This document shows positions 46,010 to 58,378 of a DNA stretch of 58,378 nucleotides, one piece after another. The translations under genes were made by a program, and so were the position numbers. The notes below the pieces were generated by a model. That model was not told the DNA's origin. It ran no database searches and worked only from the letters and a program-made list of their open reading frames with translations. The stretch covers positions 1 through 58,378 of the forward strand of contig JAITWP010000104.1 in the NCBI GenBank assembly GCA_031285365.1, given 5' to 3'. Numbering within the stretch: the stretch's first letter is position 1; every line of letters begins with the position of its first letter. The stretch comes from Azoarcus sp. GTDB lineage: Bacteria; Pseudomonadota; Gammaproteobacteria; Burkholderiales; Rhodocyclaceae.

Positions 46010-46062
46010 TCGGGCTTTGTGACGGGATTGCAAAAATGCCGCATATGAGCACCTGATAATTC

Positions 46063-46097
46063 AACCCTCTCTTCCGAACGGAGGAGGGGGTTTTTTA
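46063..46097 (+). terminator. Terminator after ompW
   Basis: AACCCTCTCTTCCG-AA-CGGAGGAGGGGGTT followed by a T-run. Confidence 0.75.
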
Positions 46098-46112
46098 TCG
46101 GCGAAATAAACA

Positions 46113-46733
46113 ATGCGTAGTGTGTGCCTCGGCGGGGAAAAAAACGGTTCGTTGAATGAATCGGGAGGGAGCCGAGGTTGGTGGTGGGTGTTGCTGGTTC
46201 TGGTTTTGGCGGCCTGCGGAAAGCAGGCGGAATTTGTCGGGACAGATATCAGCGGCGCAAAGTTCGGCGATCCGCTGGCACTTGCGGATCACCACGGAAA
46301 TCCCAGAAAGCTGGCGGATTTCGAGGGCAAAGTGGTGGCGCTGTTTTTCGGTTACACGCATTGCCCGGATGTTTGTCCGACCACGCTGGATGATTTGGCG
46401 AAGGCGTTGCGATTGCTGGAAAGCGACCGCGAACAGGTTCAGGTTCTGTTCGTGACGCTGGACCCGGAGCGGGATACACAGGAAGTTCTGGCGCACTATG
46501 TGCCGTCGTTTGATGCGAGTTTTATCGGCCTTTATGGCGATGTGGCGACGACGGAGCAGGTGGCGAAAAACTTCAAGGTGTATTACCGCAAGGAGCCGGA
46601 CGGCAAGGGCGGATACACCATAGACCACAGCGCAGGTGTTTATGTATTCGATAAAAAGGGGGCGCTCAGGGTGTTCATCAATCACGGGCAAAAGCCGCAG
46701 GATATTGCCCATGATCTGAAGCAGTTGATGTAA
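46113..46733 (+). CDS. SCO1/SenC copper chaperone lipoprotein (start uncertain)
   Basis: LAAC lipobox, FGYTHCPDVCP, DPERD, IDHS. Confidence 0.92.
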   Translation: MRSVCLGGEKNGSLNESGGSRGWWWVLLVLVLAACGKQAEFVGTDISGAKFGDPLALADHHGNPRKLADFEGKVVALFFGYTHCPDVCPTTLDDLAKALRLLESDREQVQVLFVTLDPERDTQEVLAHYVPSFDASFIGLYGDVATTEQVAKNFKVYYRKEPDGKGGYTIDHSAGVYVFDKKGALRVFINHGQKPQDIAHDLKQLM

Positions 46734-46787
46734 CGGGCTTGCGGTATTCGGGCAGTTTTTGGGTTTGTACTTTTGAGGAGAAAGTTA

Positions 46788-48200
46788 ATGGCTACGACGA
46801 ATGTCGTGACTGGCGGGCAATACAACTACGATGTTGTCCGCAAGTTCACCATCATGACGCTGGTCTGGGGCGTGGTCGGGATGCTGGTGGGGGTGTATAT
46901 CGCCTCCGAGCTGGCGTATCCGTTTCTAAATCTTGATATTCCGTATATCACGTTTGGTCGCTTGCGTCCGGTACACACCGGCGCCGTGATCTTCGGCTTT
47001 GGCGGCAGCGCGCTGTTCGCCACTTCCTATTACATCGTGCAACGTACTTGCCAGACCCGCCTGTTTTGCAGCGGACTGGCCAGTTTCACGTTCTGGGGCT
47101 GGCAGCTCATCATTGTGCTTGCCGCGCTGGGCGATGTGCTGGGTTTCAGCCAGGGTCGTGAATATGCGGAAATGGCTTGGCCGACCGATTTGCTGATCGC
47201 CGTGGTGTGGGTTTCCTACGCCGTCGTCTATATCGGCACGGTGATGAAGCGCAAGGAACCGCACATTTATGTGGCGAACTGGTTCTATCTTGCCTTCATT
47301 CTGGCGACCGCGCTGCTGCACATTTTCAACAACCTGGCCGTGCCGTTCAGTCTGACCGGCTCCTACAGCCTGTTCTCGGGCGCGCAGGACGCGATGACGC
47401 AATGGTGGTATGGTCACAACGCCGTGGGCTTCTTCCTGACTGCCGCGTTCCTGGGCATGATGTATTACTTCGTGCCGAAACAGGCCGGTCGTCCGATTTA
47501 TTCCTATCGGCTGTCCATCATCCACTTCTGGGCGCTGATCTTCCTCTACATGTGGGCGGGCACGCACCACCTGCACTGGACGGCGATTCCCGACTGGACT
47601 TCCACGCTGGCCGCGACTTTCTCCATCATGCTGTTGCTGCCCTCCTGGGGTGGCATGATCAACGGCATCATGACGCTCTCGGGCGCATGGGACAAGCTGC
47701 GTACCGACCCCATCATCCGCTTCATGATCGTGTCCCTGTCGTTCTACGGCATGTCCACCTTTGAAGGCCCGATGATGTCGCTCAAGGACGTGAACGCGCT
47801 GTCGCACTATACCGACTGGACGATCGGACACGTTCACTCCGGCGCACTGGGCTGGGTGGCGATGATCTCCTTCGGCGCGTTGTATCACCTGATCCCGCGT
47901 CTGTGGAACACAAGAATCCACAGCGAGAAGCTCATCAACGTGCACTTCTGGCTCGCGACCATCGGCATTCTGCTGTACATCGTTCCGATGTGGATTTCCG
48001 GCATCATGCAAGGCCTGATGTGGCGCGCATTTGATGATTTCGGCAACCTTCAGTACGGCTTCATCGAAACCGTGATTGAAATGCACCGGTACTATGTGTT
48101 CCGCGCATTGGGCGGGGGCGTATTCCTGCTCGGCATGGTGGTCATGTGCTACAACATGATCGTGACCATCCGCTCTGGCAACACCAGAGCCGCGGCTTAA
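46788..48200 (+). CDS. ccoN: cbb3-type cytochrome c oxidase subunit I
   Basis: [35 protein letters not shown]. Confidence 0.98.
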   Translation: MATTNVVTGGQYNYDVVRKFTIMTLVWGVVGMLVGVYIASELAYPFLNLDIPYITFGRLRPVHTGAVIFGFGGSALFATSYYIVQRTCQTRLFCSGLASFTFWGWQLIIVLAALGDVLGFSQGREYAEMAWPTDLLIAVVWVSYAVVYIGTVMKRKEPHIYVANWFYLAFILATALLHIFNNLAVPFSLTGSYSLFSGAQDAMTQWWYGHNAVGFFLTAAFLGMMYYFVPKQAGRPIYSYRLSIIHFWALIFLYMWAGTHHLHWTAIPDWTSTLAATFSIMLLLPSWGGMINGIMTLSGAWDKLRTDPIIRFMIVSLSFYGMSTFEGPMMSLKDVNALSHYTDWTIGHVHSGALGWVAMISFGALYHLIPRLWNTRIHSEKLINVHFWLATIGILLYIVPMWISGIMQGLMWRAFDDFGNLQYGFIETVIEMHRYYVFRALGGGVFLLGMVVMCYNMIVTIRSGNTRAAA

Positions 48201-48225
48201 CGGATAGAGAGAGGTTGGGATTAAC

Positions 48226-48975
48226 ATGAAACACGACAAGATTGAACGCAATATCGGCCTGATGCTGGTGCTGATTCTGCTGGCCATCAGTATCGGTGGC
48301 CTGGTCGAGATCGTTCCGCTGTTCTTTATCAAGGATACGGTGGAAGTGGTCAAGACCGCGGACGGCAAGGAAATGGTGCGCCCCTACACTCCGCTGGAGC
48401 AGCGGGGACGCGACATTTACATCCGCGAAGGCTGCTACCTCTGCCACTCGCAGATGATCCGTCCGTTCCGCGATGAATCGCTGCGCTACGGCCATTACTC
48501 GCTGGCGGCGGAATCCAAGTACGACCATCCGTTCCAGTGGGGTTCCAAGCGTACCGGACCCGATCTGGCGCGCGTGGGCGGCAAATACTCCAATGATTGG
48601 CACGTCAAGCACCTGATCGCTCCGCGCGGCATGGTGGAAGGTTCGGTTATGCCGAACTACCCGTGGCTGATGAGTCCGCTGGACACTTCCGACATCGCGG
48701 CGCGCATGAAGGCGCTTCGCACGGTCGGCGTGCCGTACTCGGATGGCGAGGAAGAGTATCAGCGCAATGTGCAGACCTTTGGCGAGGATGTTGCCAAGAC
48801 CCTGCGTATCGAAAACGCGGAAGACAACCTGAAGGAACAAGCCCAGTTCGGCAATTACGACGGCAACAAGAGCGACGTGACCGAAATGGACGCAGTGGTG
48901 GCTTATCTACAGGTTCTGGGCACGATGGTTGACTTCAAGCAGTTTGATGACGACTATTTCGCCACATTCCGCTAG
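48226..48975 (+). CDS. ccoO: cbb3-type oxidase subunit II
   Basis: [27 protein letters not shown]. Confidence 0.97.
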   Translation: MKHDKIERNIGLMLVLILLAISIGGLVEIVPLFFIKDTVEVVKTADGKEMVRPYTPLEQRGRDIYIREGCYLCHSQMIRPFRDESLRYGHYSLAAESKYDHPFQWGSKRTGPDLARVGGKYSNDWHVKHLIAPRGMVEGSVMPNYPWLMSPLDTSDIAARMKALRTVGVPYSDGEEEYQRNVQTFGEDVAKTLRIENAEDNLKEQAQFGNYDGNKSDVTEMDAVVAYLQVLGTMVDFKQFDDDYFATFR

Positions 48976-48987
48976 GAGAAACAGGAC

Positions 48988-49170
48988 ATGGAATGGTTGA
49001 TGTGGTTTACGCATTTCGAGAACACAAAGCCTCTGGCGTTGGTGATCTTCTTCACCGTGTTCTGCGCGGTTCTGTTCTACGTATTCGGTAGCGACAGACG
49101 CAGCCAGAGGCTCGAAAGCTACAAGGACATACCGTTCCTCGACGAACATCAGGATGCGAAGGGAAATTAA
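48988..49170 (+). CDS. ccoQ: cbb3-type oxidase subunit IV
   Basis: 60-aa single-TM protein between ccoO and ccoP. Confidence 0.85.
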   Translation: MEWLMWFTHFENTKPLALVIFFTVFCAVLFYVFGSDRRSQRLESYKDIPFLDEHQDAKGN

Positions 49171-49172
49171 TC

Positions 49173-50147
49173 ATGGCGCAACAAAGTAACAATCAAACGA
49201 CTGGTCACGTTTGGGATGATGACCTGCAAGAGTTCACCAACCCGTTGCCGAGATGGTGGTTGTGGGCGTTCTATCTCACCATCATTTTCTCGGTGGTCTA
49301 TTGGCTGATGTATCCGGCTTGGCCGCTGGGCAGCTCTTATACCAAGGGCGTTAATGGGGTGAATTCCATCACCTATGTGGCCACCACCAAGGACGGTCAG
49401 CAGGTGGAAAAAACCACGCACTGGAACACCCGTGCCGAGTTGATGAAAGAAACCAATGCGGCCGCAGGTGTGCAGAAGCAGTGGCTCGATCAGGTGGCCG
49501 CGACAGCTTATGGCGACATCGCGAAAAACCCGGATCTCATGCAGTTTGTGAACTCCGCGGGCAAGACGCTGTTCGCCGACAACTGCGCGGCGTGCCACCA
49601 GGTCGGCGGCGCGGGTCACGAGGCCGGCAATCCGCAAACAAACCAGGTCGGCTTCTTCGCGCCCAATCTGGCGGACGACTACTGGCAATGGGGCGGCACT
49701 TACGATGAAATCAGCGCCACCATCACCGGCGGTCGCACCGGCTTCATGCCCGCGAAAGGTCTGGCGGGCGCGTTGACGGACGAGCAGATCACCAATGTGG
49801 CCAACTATGTGTTGAGCCTCTCCGGTGAACCGCACGACGCGGACAAGGCGAAGCTCGGCGACGAGATCTTCCACAATCCGGCTGAAGGCGGCTGTCTCAC
49901 CTGCCATAGCGCGGATGGCAAGGGCGTTCCGTCCATGGGCGGCCTCAACCTGACCGACAAGGTCTGGCAATGGGTGGATGTGCCGGGACAAGCGGATGCG
50001 GCGGCCAAGGTGGATGTGCTGCGTGCGGCGATCATCGGCGGCTTCAACCATGTTGAGGCGATGCCGAAGTGGGGCACGCGCCTCAAGCCGGAACAGATCA
50101 AGCTGCTGACGGTCTATGTGCATGACAGTTTGGGCGGCGGCAAGTAA
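49173..50147 (+). CDS. ccoP: cbb3-type oxidase subunit III
   Basis: TTGHVWD..LQE..NPLPRWW; CAACH and CLTCH. Confidence 0.96.
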   Translation: MAQQSNNQTTGHVWDDDLQEFTNPLPRWWLWAFYLTIIFSVVYWLMYPAWPLGSSYTKGVNGVNSITYVATTKDGQQVEKTTHWNTRAELMKETNAAAGVQKQWLDQVAATAYGDIAKNPDLMQFVNSAGKTLFADNCAACHQVGGAGHEAGNPQTNQVGFFAPNLADDYWQWGGTYDEISATITGGRTGFMPAKGLAGALTDEQITNVANYVLSLSGEPHDADKAKLGDEIFHNPAEGGCLTCHSADGKGVPSMGGLNLTDKVWQWVDVPGQADAAAKVDVLRAAIIGGFNHVEAMPKWGTRLKPEQIKLLTVYVHDSLGGGK

Positions 50148-50238
50148 GCTGCCTCTGGATCGCACGTTGTAACACGCTGAATGAGAGGCTCGCGCGCAGG
50201 CGTGAGCCTCTCTTCATTTTGAAGTTCCGAATAACCGG

Positions 50239-51678
50239 ATGATGAACATGGGTCAAGCACAGGAAAACCAAACCGAAGAGCATCTCTACCAAAAACGCAT
50301 CCCGATTTTCGTGCGTTCGGTGCGCGGCAAATTCCGCAACTTCAAAACCGGCGTGCTGCTGCTGGCCTACATTGTTTATTTCGCGCTGCCGTGGGTACCC
50401 TGGCAACGCGCCAGCGCGGCCGATCAGGCTGTTCTGTTCGATCTGGTTTCCAGAAAATTTTTCATTTTCAATCTGGTGGTTTATCCGCAGGACATCATCT
50501 GGCTGGCGATGCTGCTGTTCATCGCCGCCACCTTCCTGTTTTTCGTCACCGGGCTGATAGGCCGCGCGTGGTGCGGCTTCTTCTGCTTCCAGACGCTGTG
50601 GACGGACATGTTCATGTTCATCGAACACATGGTGCAGGGCGAGCGCCCGGCGCGTATGCGGCTCTACAAACAGCCGTGGAACATGGAGAAAATCTTCAAG
50701 CTCGGCCTGTCGCATCTGTTGATGATCGCGGTCGCGTTCTGGACTGGTTTCACCTTCGCCGCCTATTACACTTACGCGCCGGAACTGCTGCACGATCTTT
50801 TCACCGGACAGGCGAATCAGGCGGCGTATGTCACCGTCGTTGTGCTGACTGCCACCACCTACGTCGCGGGCGCGCTCGCGCGCGAGCAAATCTGCACCTT
50901 TATTTGTCCCTACGCCCGCTTTCAAGGCGTGATGTACGAACCGGATACGCTGGTCATCAGCTACGACCAGCGGCGCGGCGAAGGCCAATCCGGTCGCGCC
51001 CTGCCCAAGCCCGGCCTCAAAACGCGCGAGGAACGTCAGGCGCAAGGCCACGGCGATTGCATAGACTGCGGCTTCTGCGTGCAAGTCTGCCCGGTCGGCA
51101 TAGACATCCGCAACGGCCTGCAATATCAGTGCATCTCCTGCGCGCTGTGCATAGACGCTTGCGACAACATCATGGATTCGGTCGGCTATCCGCGCGGTCT
51201 GATCCGCTACGATTCCGAACGCAATCTGGAAAGCGCAAACCCGCATCCGCCGCGTCTCGCATGGCGCCGCCTCAAGGTGCTGGGCTACGCCGTCGCGCTG
51301 TCGGCGATGATAGGTCTGCTCATCTACAATATCGGCACGCGCACGGATACCGAAGTGCGTATCGAACAGGTGCGGCAGCCGCTCTATGTGAAACTGGAAA
51401 CCGGCGCGGTGCGCGACCGTTATCAGGTTCACATCGTCAACAAGACCGAGCAGGAAGTGACCTATCAGTTGACGGTGCGCGGCATTCCCGAAAATGCGCT
51501 CGATCTCGGCGCGGTGACGGAGCTGCGCGTGCGTCCGGGCAAGGCGCTGAAGTTTAACGTCAAGATTGATCTTCCCCCGGAACTCGCCCGCGACACGCAT
51601 GAATTTGAATTTGTCGTGACACCGCAGATCGAAGGCGCCGAACCCATCGCGCGCAAGGCGAGCTTTGTCGGCGAGTAG
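50239..51678 (+). CDS. ccoG: Cytochrome oxidase accessory polyferredoxin
   Basis: GRAWCG..C, CPYARFQ, CIDC..CVQVCP.GIDIR.GLQ..CI.C..CIDAC. Confidence 0.95.
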   Translation: MMNMGQAQENQTEEHLYQKRIPIFVRSVRGKFRNFKTGVLLLAYIVYFALPWVPWQRASAADQAVLFDLVSRKFFIFNLVVYPQDIIWLAMLLFIAATFLFFVTGLIGRAWCGFFCFQTLWTDMFMFIEHMVQGERPARMRLYKQPWNMEKIFKLGLSHLLMIAVAFWTGFTFAAYYTYAPELLHDLFTGQANQAAYVTVVVLTATTYVAGALAREQICTFICPYARFQGVMYEPDTLVISYDQRRGEGQSGRALPKPGLKTREERQAQGHGDCIDCGFCVQVCPVGIDIRNGLQYQCISCALCIDACDNIMDSVGYPRGLIRYDSERNLESANPHPPRLAWRRLKVLGYAVALSAMIGLLIYNIGTRTDTEVRIEQVRQPLYVKLETGAVRDRYQVHIVNKTEQEVTYQLTVRGIPENALDLGAVTELRVRPGKALKFNVKIDLPPELARDTHEFEFVVTPQIEGAEPIARKASFVGE

Positions 51679-51718
51679 AGCGCACGGCCTTCTTCCCAAC
51701 CAGTACCCGTGAAGTTCT

Positions 51719-51755
51719 CCCTCTCCCACTCGTGGGAGAGGGCTGGGGTGAGGGT
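51719..51755. repeat. REP-like palindromic element
   Basis: CCCTCTCCCAC-TC-GTGGGAGAGGG followed by GGGGTGAGGG. Confidence 0.7.
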
Positions 51756-51807
51756 TAGTTAATATGACTATTGAGCAAACACCGCTCAAAAATGGAGTAA
51801 AACAGCA

Positions 51808-52593
51808 ATGAGCATGACCGAAACCCTGTTCGGCGGCATGATCGCCGTCGTGCTGATTTTTTTGATCGCGCGCCAATTCCGGCTTTCAAGCTACTGGAGC
51901 GCGACGCTCGCCGGGCTGTTGCCGTTCGGCGCTTATCTCGCCTTTGTTTTCAATGACAGCTTGGGCGGCGACGTGCTCGCGATCCATTTCGTCGTGTTCA
52001 TCATGACGGCGGCGGTGATGGCCGTATTCAGCATCGCCTCCGGCAAAAAGGAAAAAATGCACTGGGCGCCCAAGCTCATCATCGGATTTTTCGTGGTGCT
52101 GGCGATCTCGATGGCGTGGTTTCTTTCGATCGCCATGTACGGTCTGCCCGACTGGATGGCGAAGGCGATACTTCCCGGCATCACCACGGAAACCGTGCAC
52201 ACGGGTTTCCCCGGCAGCATTCCGCACGATGAAAACAAACTTTACGCCGACCATCAGGCGCATGTGGAGGCGCAGCGCCAACTGAATTGGCAGGTTGATC
52301 TGCAAGGGCTGGAAGGCATCGCGGCAGGCGCGACCCGGACGCTCACGCTCACGCTCAAGGACGCGCAAGGCCAGCCCATCGTCGCCGATCGCGTCATGCT
52401 CGGCTTTATGCGAATGGCGAACGTCAAGGATGACCACGCGCTGCAACTGCAAGCTGCGGAACCCGGCGTTTACAAAACCGAAGTGCGGCTTGAAGACAAA
52501 GGCAAGTGGCTCGTCGAATTGCACATCGAGCACGGGCAGGATGTCTGGTTCACCAAACAGGCGCTGGTGGTGGCCGAATCCGGCAAGAAATAA
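51808..52593 (+). CDS. ccoH: FixH/CcoH-family protein
   Basis: N-terminal TM helices, C-terminal PGVY......L...G.W domain; between ccoG and ccoI. Confidence 0.75.
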   Translation: MSMTETLFGGMIAVVLIFLIARQFRLSSYWSATLAGLLPFGAYLAFVFNDSLGGDVLAIHFVVFIMTAAVMAVFSIASGKKEKMHWAPKLIIGFFVVLAISMAWFLSIAMYGLPDWMAKAILPGITTETVHTGFPGSIPHDENKLYADHQAHVEAQRQLNWQVDLQGLEGIAAGATRTLTLTLKDAQGQPIVADRVMLGFMRMANVKDDHALQLQAAEPGVYKTEVRLEDKGKWLVELHIEHGQDVWFTKQALVVAESGKK

Positions 52594-52602
52594 GCGTTCG
52601 CA

Positions 52603-55020
<2,418 letters not shown>

Positions 55021-55109
55021 GAAATTTTCTATTCCTCTTCCGCAAGCATGAGAGGGAAAATTGCGACGGCTTTCTCCGCACCTGCTGCGAGGCAGGGAGC
55101 ATCCGCCAT

Positions 55110-55820
55110 TCACACCAACTGCAACTCCGCCGACATTGCTTTCAAATCGCGTTTCGCGAGCTTGTAATCGGGGCACAGTTGCCGCACCCATTCCCAAAAC
55201 GCGGGGCTGTGGTTCATTTCCTTGAGGTGCGCGAGTTCGTGGGCGGCGACGTAGTGGATGATGTGGGGCGGTGCCTGGATGAGCCGCCAGCTCAGGCGGA
55301 TTTCGCCGCGCGCGTTGCAGCTTCCCCATTGGGTGCGCGCGCCGGAGAGGTAGAGCGGCGGGGTGGGCACGCCGAGTCTGGCGGCGAGGATTTCGAGGCG
55401 GCGCGTGAAATCCGGGCGGCATTGGCGCGCGTACCATTGCGTGACTTTGCGTTGCACGGCGGTGTGGTCTTCGGGGTTGGGCAGCGCGACGTGCAAACGC
55501 AGCCCGTCAAATTCCACGGCGCGGCTGACGGCATCCTGCCGCACGGTGAGACGGATTTCCTGACCAAGATAACGCAGGCGCGCGCCATCCTGCCAGGTGA
55601 TCGCGGCAGGGCGGCTCGCCCATTGCGCGAGTTTTTTTTCGACCCAGCCGGATTGGGCGCGCAGCAGGCTTTCCACTTCGTATTGCGCGACACGGCGCGG
55701 GGCGTGCACGGTGAGTCCGCGATGATCCACCATAAAGCTGACGGTGCGGCGGCGCGCGCTGAATTTGAGGGTGTAGGCAATCGCCCGACCGTCGGCGAGC
55801 AGGAGTTCTTTCTGGCGCAT
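55110..55820 (-). CDS. M48 / YgjP-like metal-dependent hydrolase
   Basis: WGSCN, YVAAHELAHL..MNHS..FW. Confidence 0.9.
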   Translation of the reverse strand: MRQKELLLADGRAIAYTLKFSARRRTVSFMVDHRGLTVHAPRRVAQYEVESLLRAQSGWVEKKLAQWASRPAAITWQDGARLRYLGQEIRLTVRQDAVSRAVEFDGLRLHVALPNPEDHTAVQRKVTQWYARQCRPDFTRRLEILAARLGVPTPPLYLSGARTQWGSCNARGEIRLSWRLIQAPPHIIHYVAAHELAHLKEMNHSPAFWEWVRQLCPDYKLAKRDLKAMSAELQLV

Positions 55821-56530
55821 CACAGCGTTTTCAATCGCGGCATTTCGGCCTCGATCCACGCTTCGATGTGCTGGTTGAGTTCGTCGGTTTTCATGTTGGC
55901 CGCGTTGATGGGCGCGCCTATGCTGACCGTAATCACGCCCGGATATTTGAGCAGGCCGCGTTTTTTCCAGAACTCGCCCGCGTTGTGCGCGACGGGCACG
56001 ACGGTCGCGCCCGTGTGCGTGGCGAGCCATGCGCCGCCGATGTGATATTTGCCGCGTTCGCCCGGCGCGGTGCGCGTGCCTTCGGGGAAGATCACCACCC
56101 ACAAACCGCGTTTGAGCCGGTTGTCGCCTTGCGCGACGAGTTGTTTCAATGCCTCGCGTCCGCCGCTGCGGTCTATGGCAATCGCGGAAACCGCCGCGAG
56201 CGCCCAGCCGAAAAACGGAATCCACAGAAGCTCGCGCTTCATCACCCAGATTTGCGGCGGGAAGATGGTTTGAAATGCGATGGTTTCCCACGCGGATTGA
56301 TGTTTGGCAAGCACAACGGAAGCGTGGTCGGGAATGTTTCCGCGCCCGATCACGCGATAACTCAAACCGCACGTTACGCGCAGCCACCACATGATGAAAT
56401 GCGCCCAGCCGCCGACGATGCGCGAACGCGTAACGGAGGGCAGTGGAATCAGCAAAATTGCGAGCAATGCGAACGGCGGAATGGTGATCCACATGCCGAG
56501 ATTGAAAAGCAGGGAACGCAGACGCAGCAT
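55820..56530 (-). CDS. plsC: 1-acyl-sn-glycerol-3-phosphate acyltransferase
   Basis: KHQSAWET, IFPEGTR, VPVAHNAG. Confidence 0.92.
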   Translation of the reverse strand: MLRLRSLLFNLGMWITIPPFALLAILLIPLPSVTRSRIVGGWAHFIMWWLRVTCGLSYRVIGRGNIPDHASVVLAKHQSAWETIAFQTIFPPQIWVMKRELLWIPFFGWALAAVSAIAIDRSGGREALKQLVAQGDNRLKRGLWVVIFPEGTRTAPGERGKYHIGGAWLATHTGATVVPVAHNAGEFWKKRGLLKYPGVITVSIGAPINAANMKTDELNQHIEAWIEAEMPRLKTL

Positions 56531-56535
56531 GAAAA

Positions 56536-57093
56536 CTACGCAATGCCCCACGGCGTGCGCTCGTAAATGATGCGCTGCGCCGCCTCGGCGAGATCGGCGC
56601 ATATCCAGGCGTTCTCCGGCAGATTCCCGGCCTCCAGCGTTTTTTCGCCCTTGCCGGTACGCACGAGTATGGGCTGCGCGCCAACCGCGACGCTGGCTTG
56701 CAGATCGCGCAGCGAATCGCCCACGCTCGGCACACCGCGCAAATCCTCCGCGAAACGCCGTGAAATTTCCTCCAGCATCCCCGGCTTGGGTTTGCGGCAA
56801 TTGCACTTGTCGCCCGCCGTGTGCGGACAATAAAACAGCGCGTCTATGCGCCCGCCGAACTGCCCCAGCGCGCGGTGCATCTTGTCGTGAATCGCGTTGA
56901 GCGTCACCATGTCGAACAGGCCGCGACTGATGCCGGATTGATTGGTCGCCAACGCCACGCGAAACCCTGCCTGATTCAACTGGGCAATCGCCTCCAGACT
57001 GCCGGGAATGGGTTTCCACTCATCCGGGCTTTTGATGAATTGCGCGCTGTCAAAATTAATGACGCCGTCGCGGTCGAGAATGACAAGTTTCAT
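56536..57093 (-). CDS. gmhB: D-glycero-beta-D-manno-heptose 1,7-bisphosphate 7-phosphatase
   Basis: LDRDGVIN, ATNQSG, CPH...CNCRKPKPG. Confidence 0.95.
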   Translation of the reverse strand: MKLVILDRDGVINFDSAQFIKSPDEWKPIPGSLEAIAQLNQAGFRVALATNQSGISRGLFDMVTLNAIHDKMHRALGQFGGRIDALFYCPHTAGDKCNCRKPKPGMLEEISRRFAEDLRGVPSVGDSLRDLQASVAVGAQPILVRTGKGEKTLEAGNLPENAWICADLAEAAQRIIYERTPWGIA

Positions 57094-57267
57094 GGGGGTG
57101 ATTTTACTGCAAATTCATAAAAATCAGCGCGGCGTATTTGCTCGTACTTTGACTCCACGCCGAGCTTGGGGAAACTCAAAGCTTTTGGAAGATGGGTTGC
57201 ATACTTTCCGTCGTAGCTTACTCTTCCCAACTTGAGACAAAGGAACAGCAAAATACAATCAAACGCA

Positions 57268-57903
57268 TCAGACCCAATAAACCGTCCCCGTCATCACTTT
57301 TGAAGTGAGTTTCATCGCCATCTTCACCGGCGGTGGCAATTCCGCGCCGCCGTATTTGATTGCGGTGTCGGCGTGTCTGGCTTCGTCCGTGGCCATTTGT
57401 TCCAGCACTGCGCGGCTTTTTTCGTCTTGTTGGGGCAGACGTTGCAAATGGTCGGCGATGTGTTTGCCGACCTGGTTTTCAGTTTCGGCGAGGAAGCCCA
57501 GATTCCATTTGTCGCCGAGCGCGCCTGCGACCGCGCCCAGTGTGAACGATCCGGCGTACCAGAGCGGGTTGAGCAAACTTTTGTGACTGCCGAGTTCGCG
57601 GATGCGTTTTTCGCACCAGGCGAGGTGTTCGGTTTCTTCCTGCGCGGCGTGGCGCAGGGCGGTTTCTGTTTCCTTGTTGCGCGAGGTGAGCGCTTGCCCC
57701 GCGTAGAGCGCCTGGGCGCAAACTTCGCCGCTGTGGTTGATCCGCATGAGCGCGGCGGCGTGGCGTTTTTCTTCGGCGCTCATCGCGTTTTCGGTTTTGT
57801 CCCGATCGGGGAAGGGGCGCGTGCTGCGTGCTTCGGCCAGCACGGTACGCAGACCCTGGTCAAATTCGGTGATTGCTCGGTCAATGAAGTTCATGGTTTC
57901 CAT
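57268..57903 (-). CDS. coq7: Demethoxyubiquinone hydroxylase (di-iron)
   Basis: [29 protein letters not shown]. Confidence 0.95.
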   Translation of the reverse strand: METMNFIDRAITEFDQGLRTVLAEARSTRPFPDRDKTENAMSAEEKRHAAALMRINHSGEVCAQALYAGQALTSRNKETETALRHAAQEETEHLAWCEKRIRELGSHKSLLNPLWYAGSFTLGAVAGALGDKWNLGFLAETENQVGKHIADHLQRLPQQDEKSRAVLEQMATDEARHADTAIKYGGAELPPPVKMAMKLTSKVMTGTVYWV

Positions 57904-58378
57904 CCCAGTTGTTTGGCGAGTATGACGACGGGGTGCGCGAGTTCGACGTTCATGCCGGCATCGCGCAAACCGGCGGCGATGTGCAACGCGCAGCCGATGT
58001 TGGAAGTCGCCAGCAATCGCGCGTCGGAATCGGCGCACGCCTTGATTTTATCATCGCGCAAGGCGCGTGCCATCGCGGGTTGCGACAGCATGTAAGTGCC
58101 CGCGCCGCCGCAGCACTGGCCGTTGCCGGGCAGCGGGCGAACATCGGAGTGCGGAATGCGGTTGAGCGCGGTGTAAACCTCGCCGTGCTGACGCATCGCG
58201 TTTTTGAGCGTGCAAGCGTCGTGCACATGAATCACGCCCGCGTAAGGTTCGGGTTCAATATCGCCCCAATCGGCGGCGGCGAGGAAGGCGGAAATATCCG
58301 TGACCCGCTCCCCCAGATGATCGCGCAAGCCGCATCCGCAGCCGCTGGCGACGGAGATGACGGGAAGATTTTCGCCGA
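57891..58378 (-). CDS. GlcF-like Fe-S protein with CCG domain, 5' part outside window
   Basis: [22 protein letters not shown]. Confidence 0.8.
   Translation of the reverse strand, partial: GENLPVISVASGCGCGLRDHLGERVTDISAFLAAADWGDIEPEPYAGVIHVHDACTLKNAMRQHGEVYTALNRIPHSDVRPLPGNGQCCGGAGTYMLSQPAMARALRDDKIKACADSDARLLATSNIGCALHIAAGLRDAGMNVELAHPVVILAKQLGWKP

Noticed and set aside
57094..57267. Riboswitch or small ORF between coq7 and gmhB
   Set aside because: No recognisable aptamer consensus or convincing RBS

Overview
Positions 1 to about 40500 are the right part of a temperate prophage integrated at the 3' end of a tRNA-Leu(CAA) gene (40510-40596, minus strand); the other prophage end lies left of the window. 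The minus-strand arm (1-15054) carries terminase, portal, scaffold, an N4-gp56-type major capsid and virion genes, including a 1206-aa protein with five LamG/ConA-like repeats. The plus-strand arm (15344-39379) carries a dense micro-ORF block, an AT-rich putative origin, primase-helicase, many accessory genes, a Cas4-like nuclease, SNF2 helicase, family A DNA polymerase (Leu762 type), an amidoligase plus class II glutamine amidotransferase, and an excisionase. A tyrosine integrase sits next to the tRNA. Positions 40651-58378 are ordinary betaproteobacterial-type host genes (queA, murI, brnTA, ilvE, PfkB kinase, ompW, SCO, ccoNOQP-GHI, M48 hydrolase, plsC, gmhB, coq7, an Fe-S protein). The most notable observations are a phage DfrB (R67-type dihydrofolate reductase) homologue, the amidoligase/amidotransferase module, a 12-bp motif GASTWCGTTAGA at several phage promoters, an A23 tract that frameshifts a secreted-protein gene, a repeat-structured capsid mRNA leader, and a Lys-Gly micropeptide missed by the ORF track. 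All family calls are motif recognition by eye; no database search was run.
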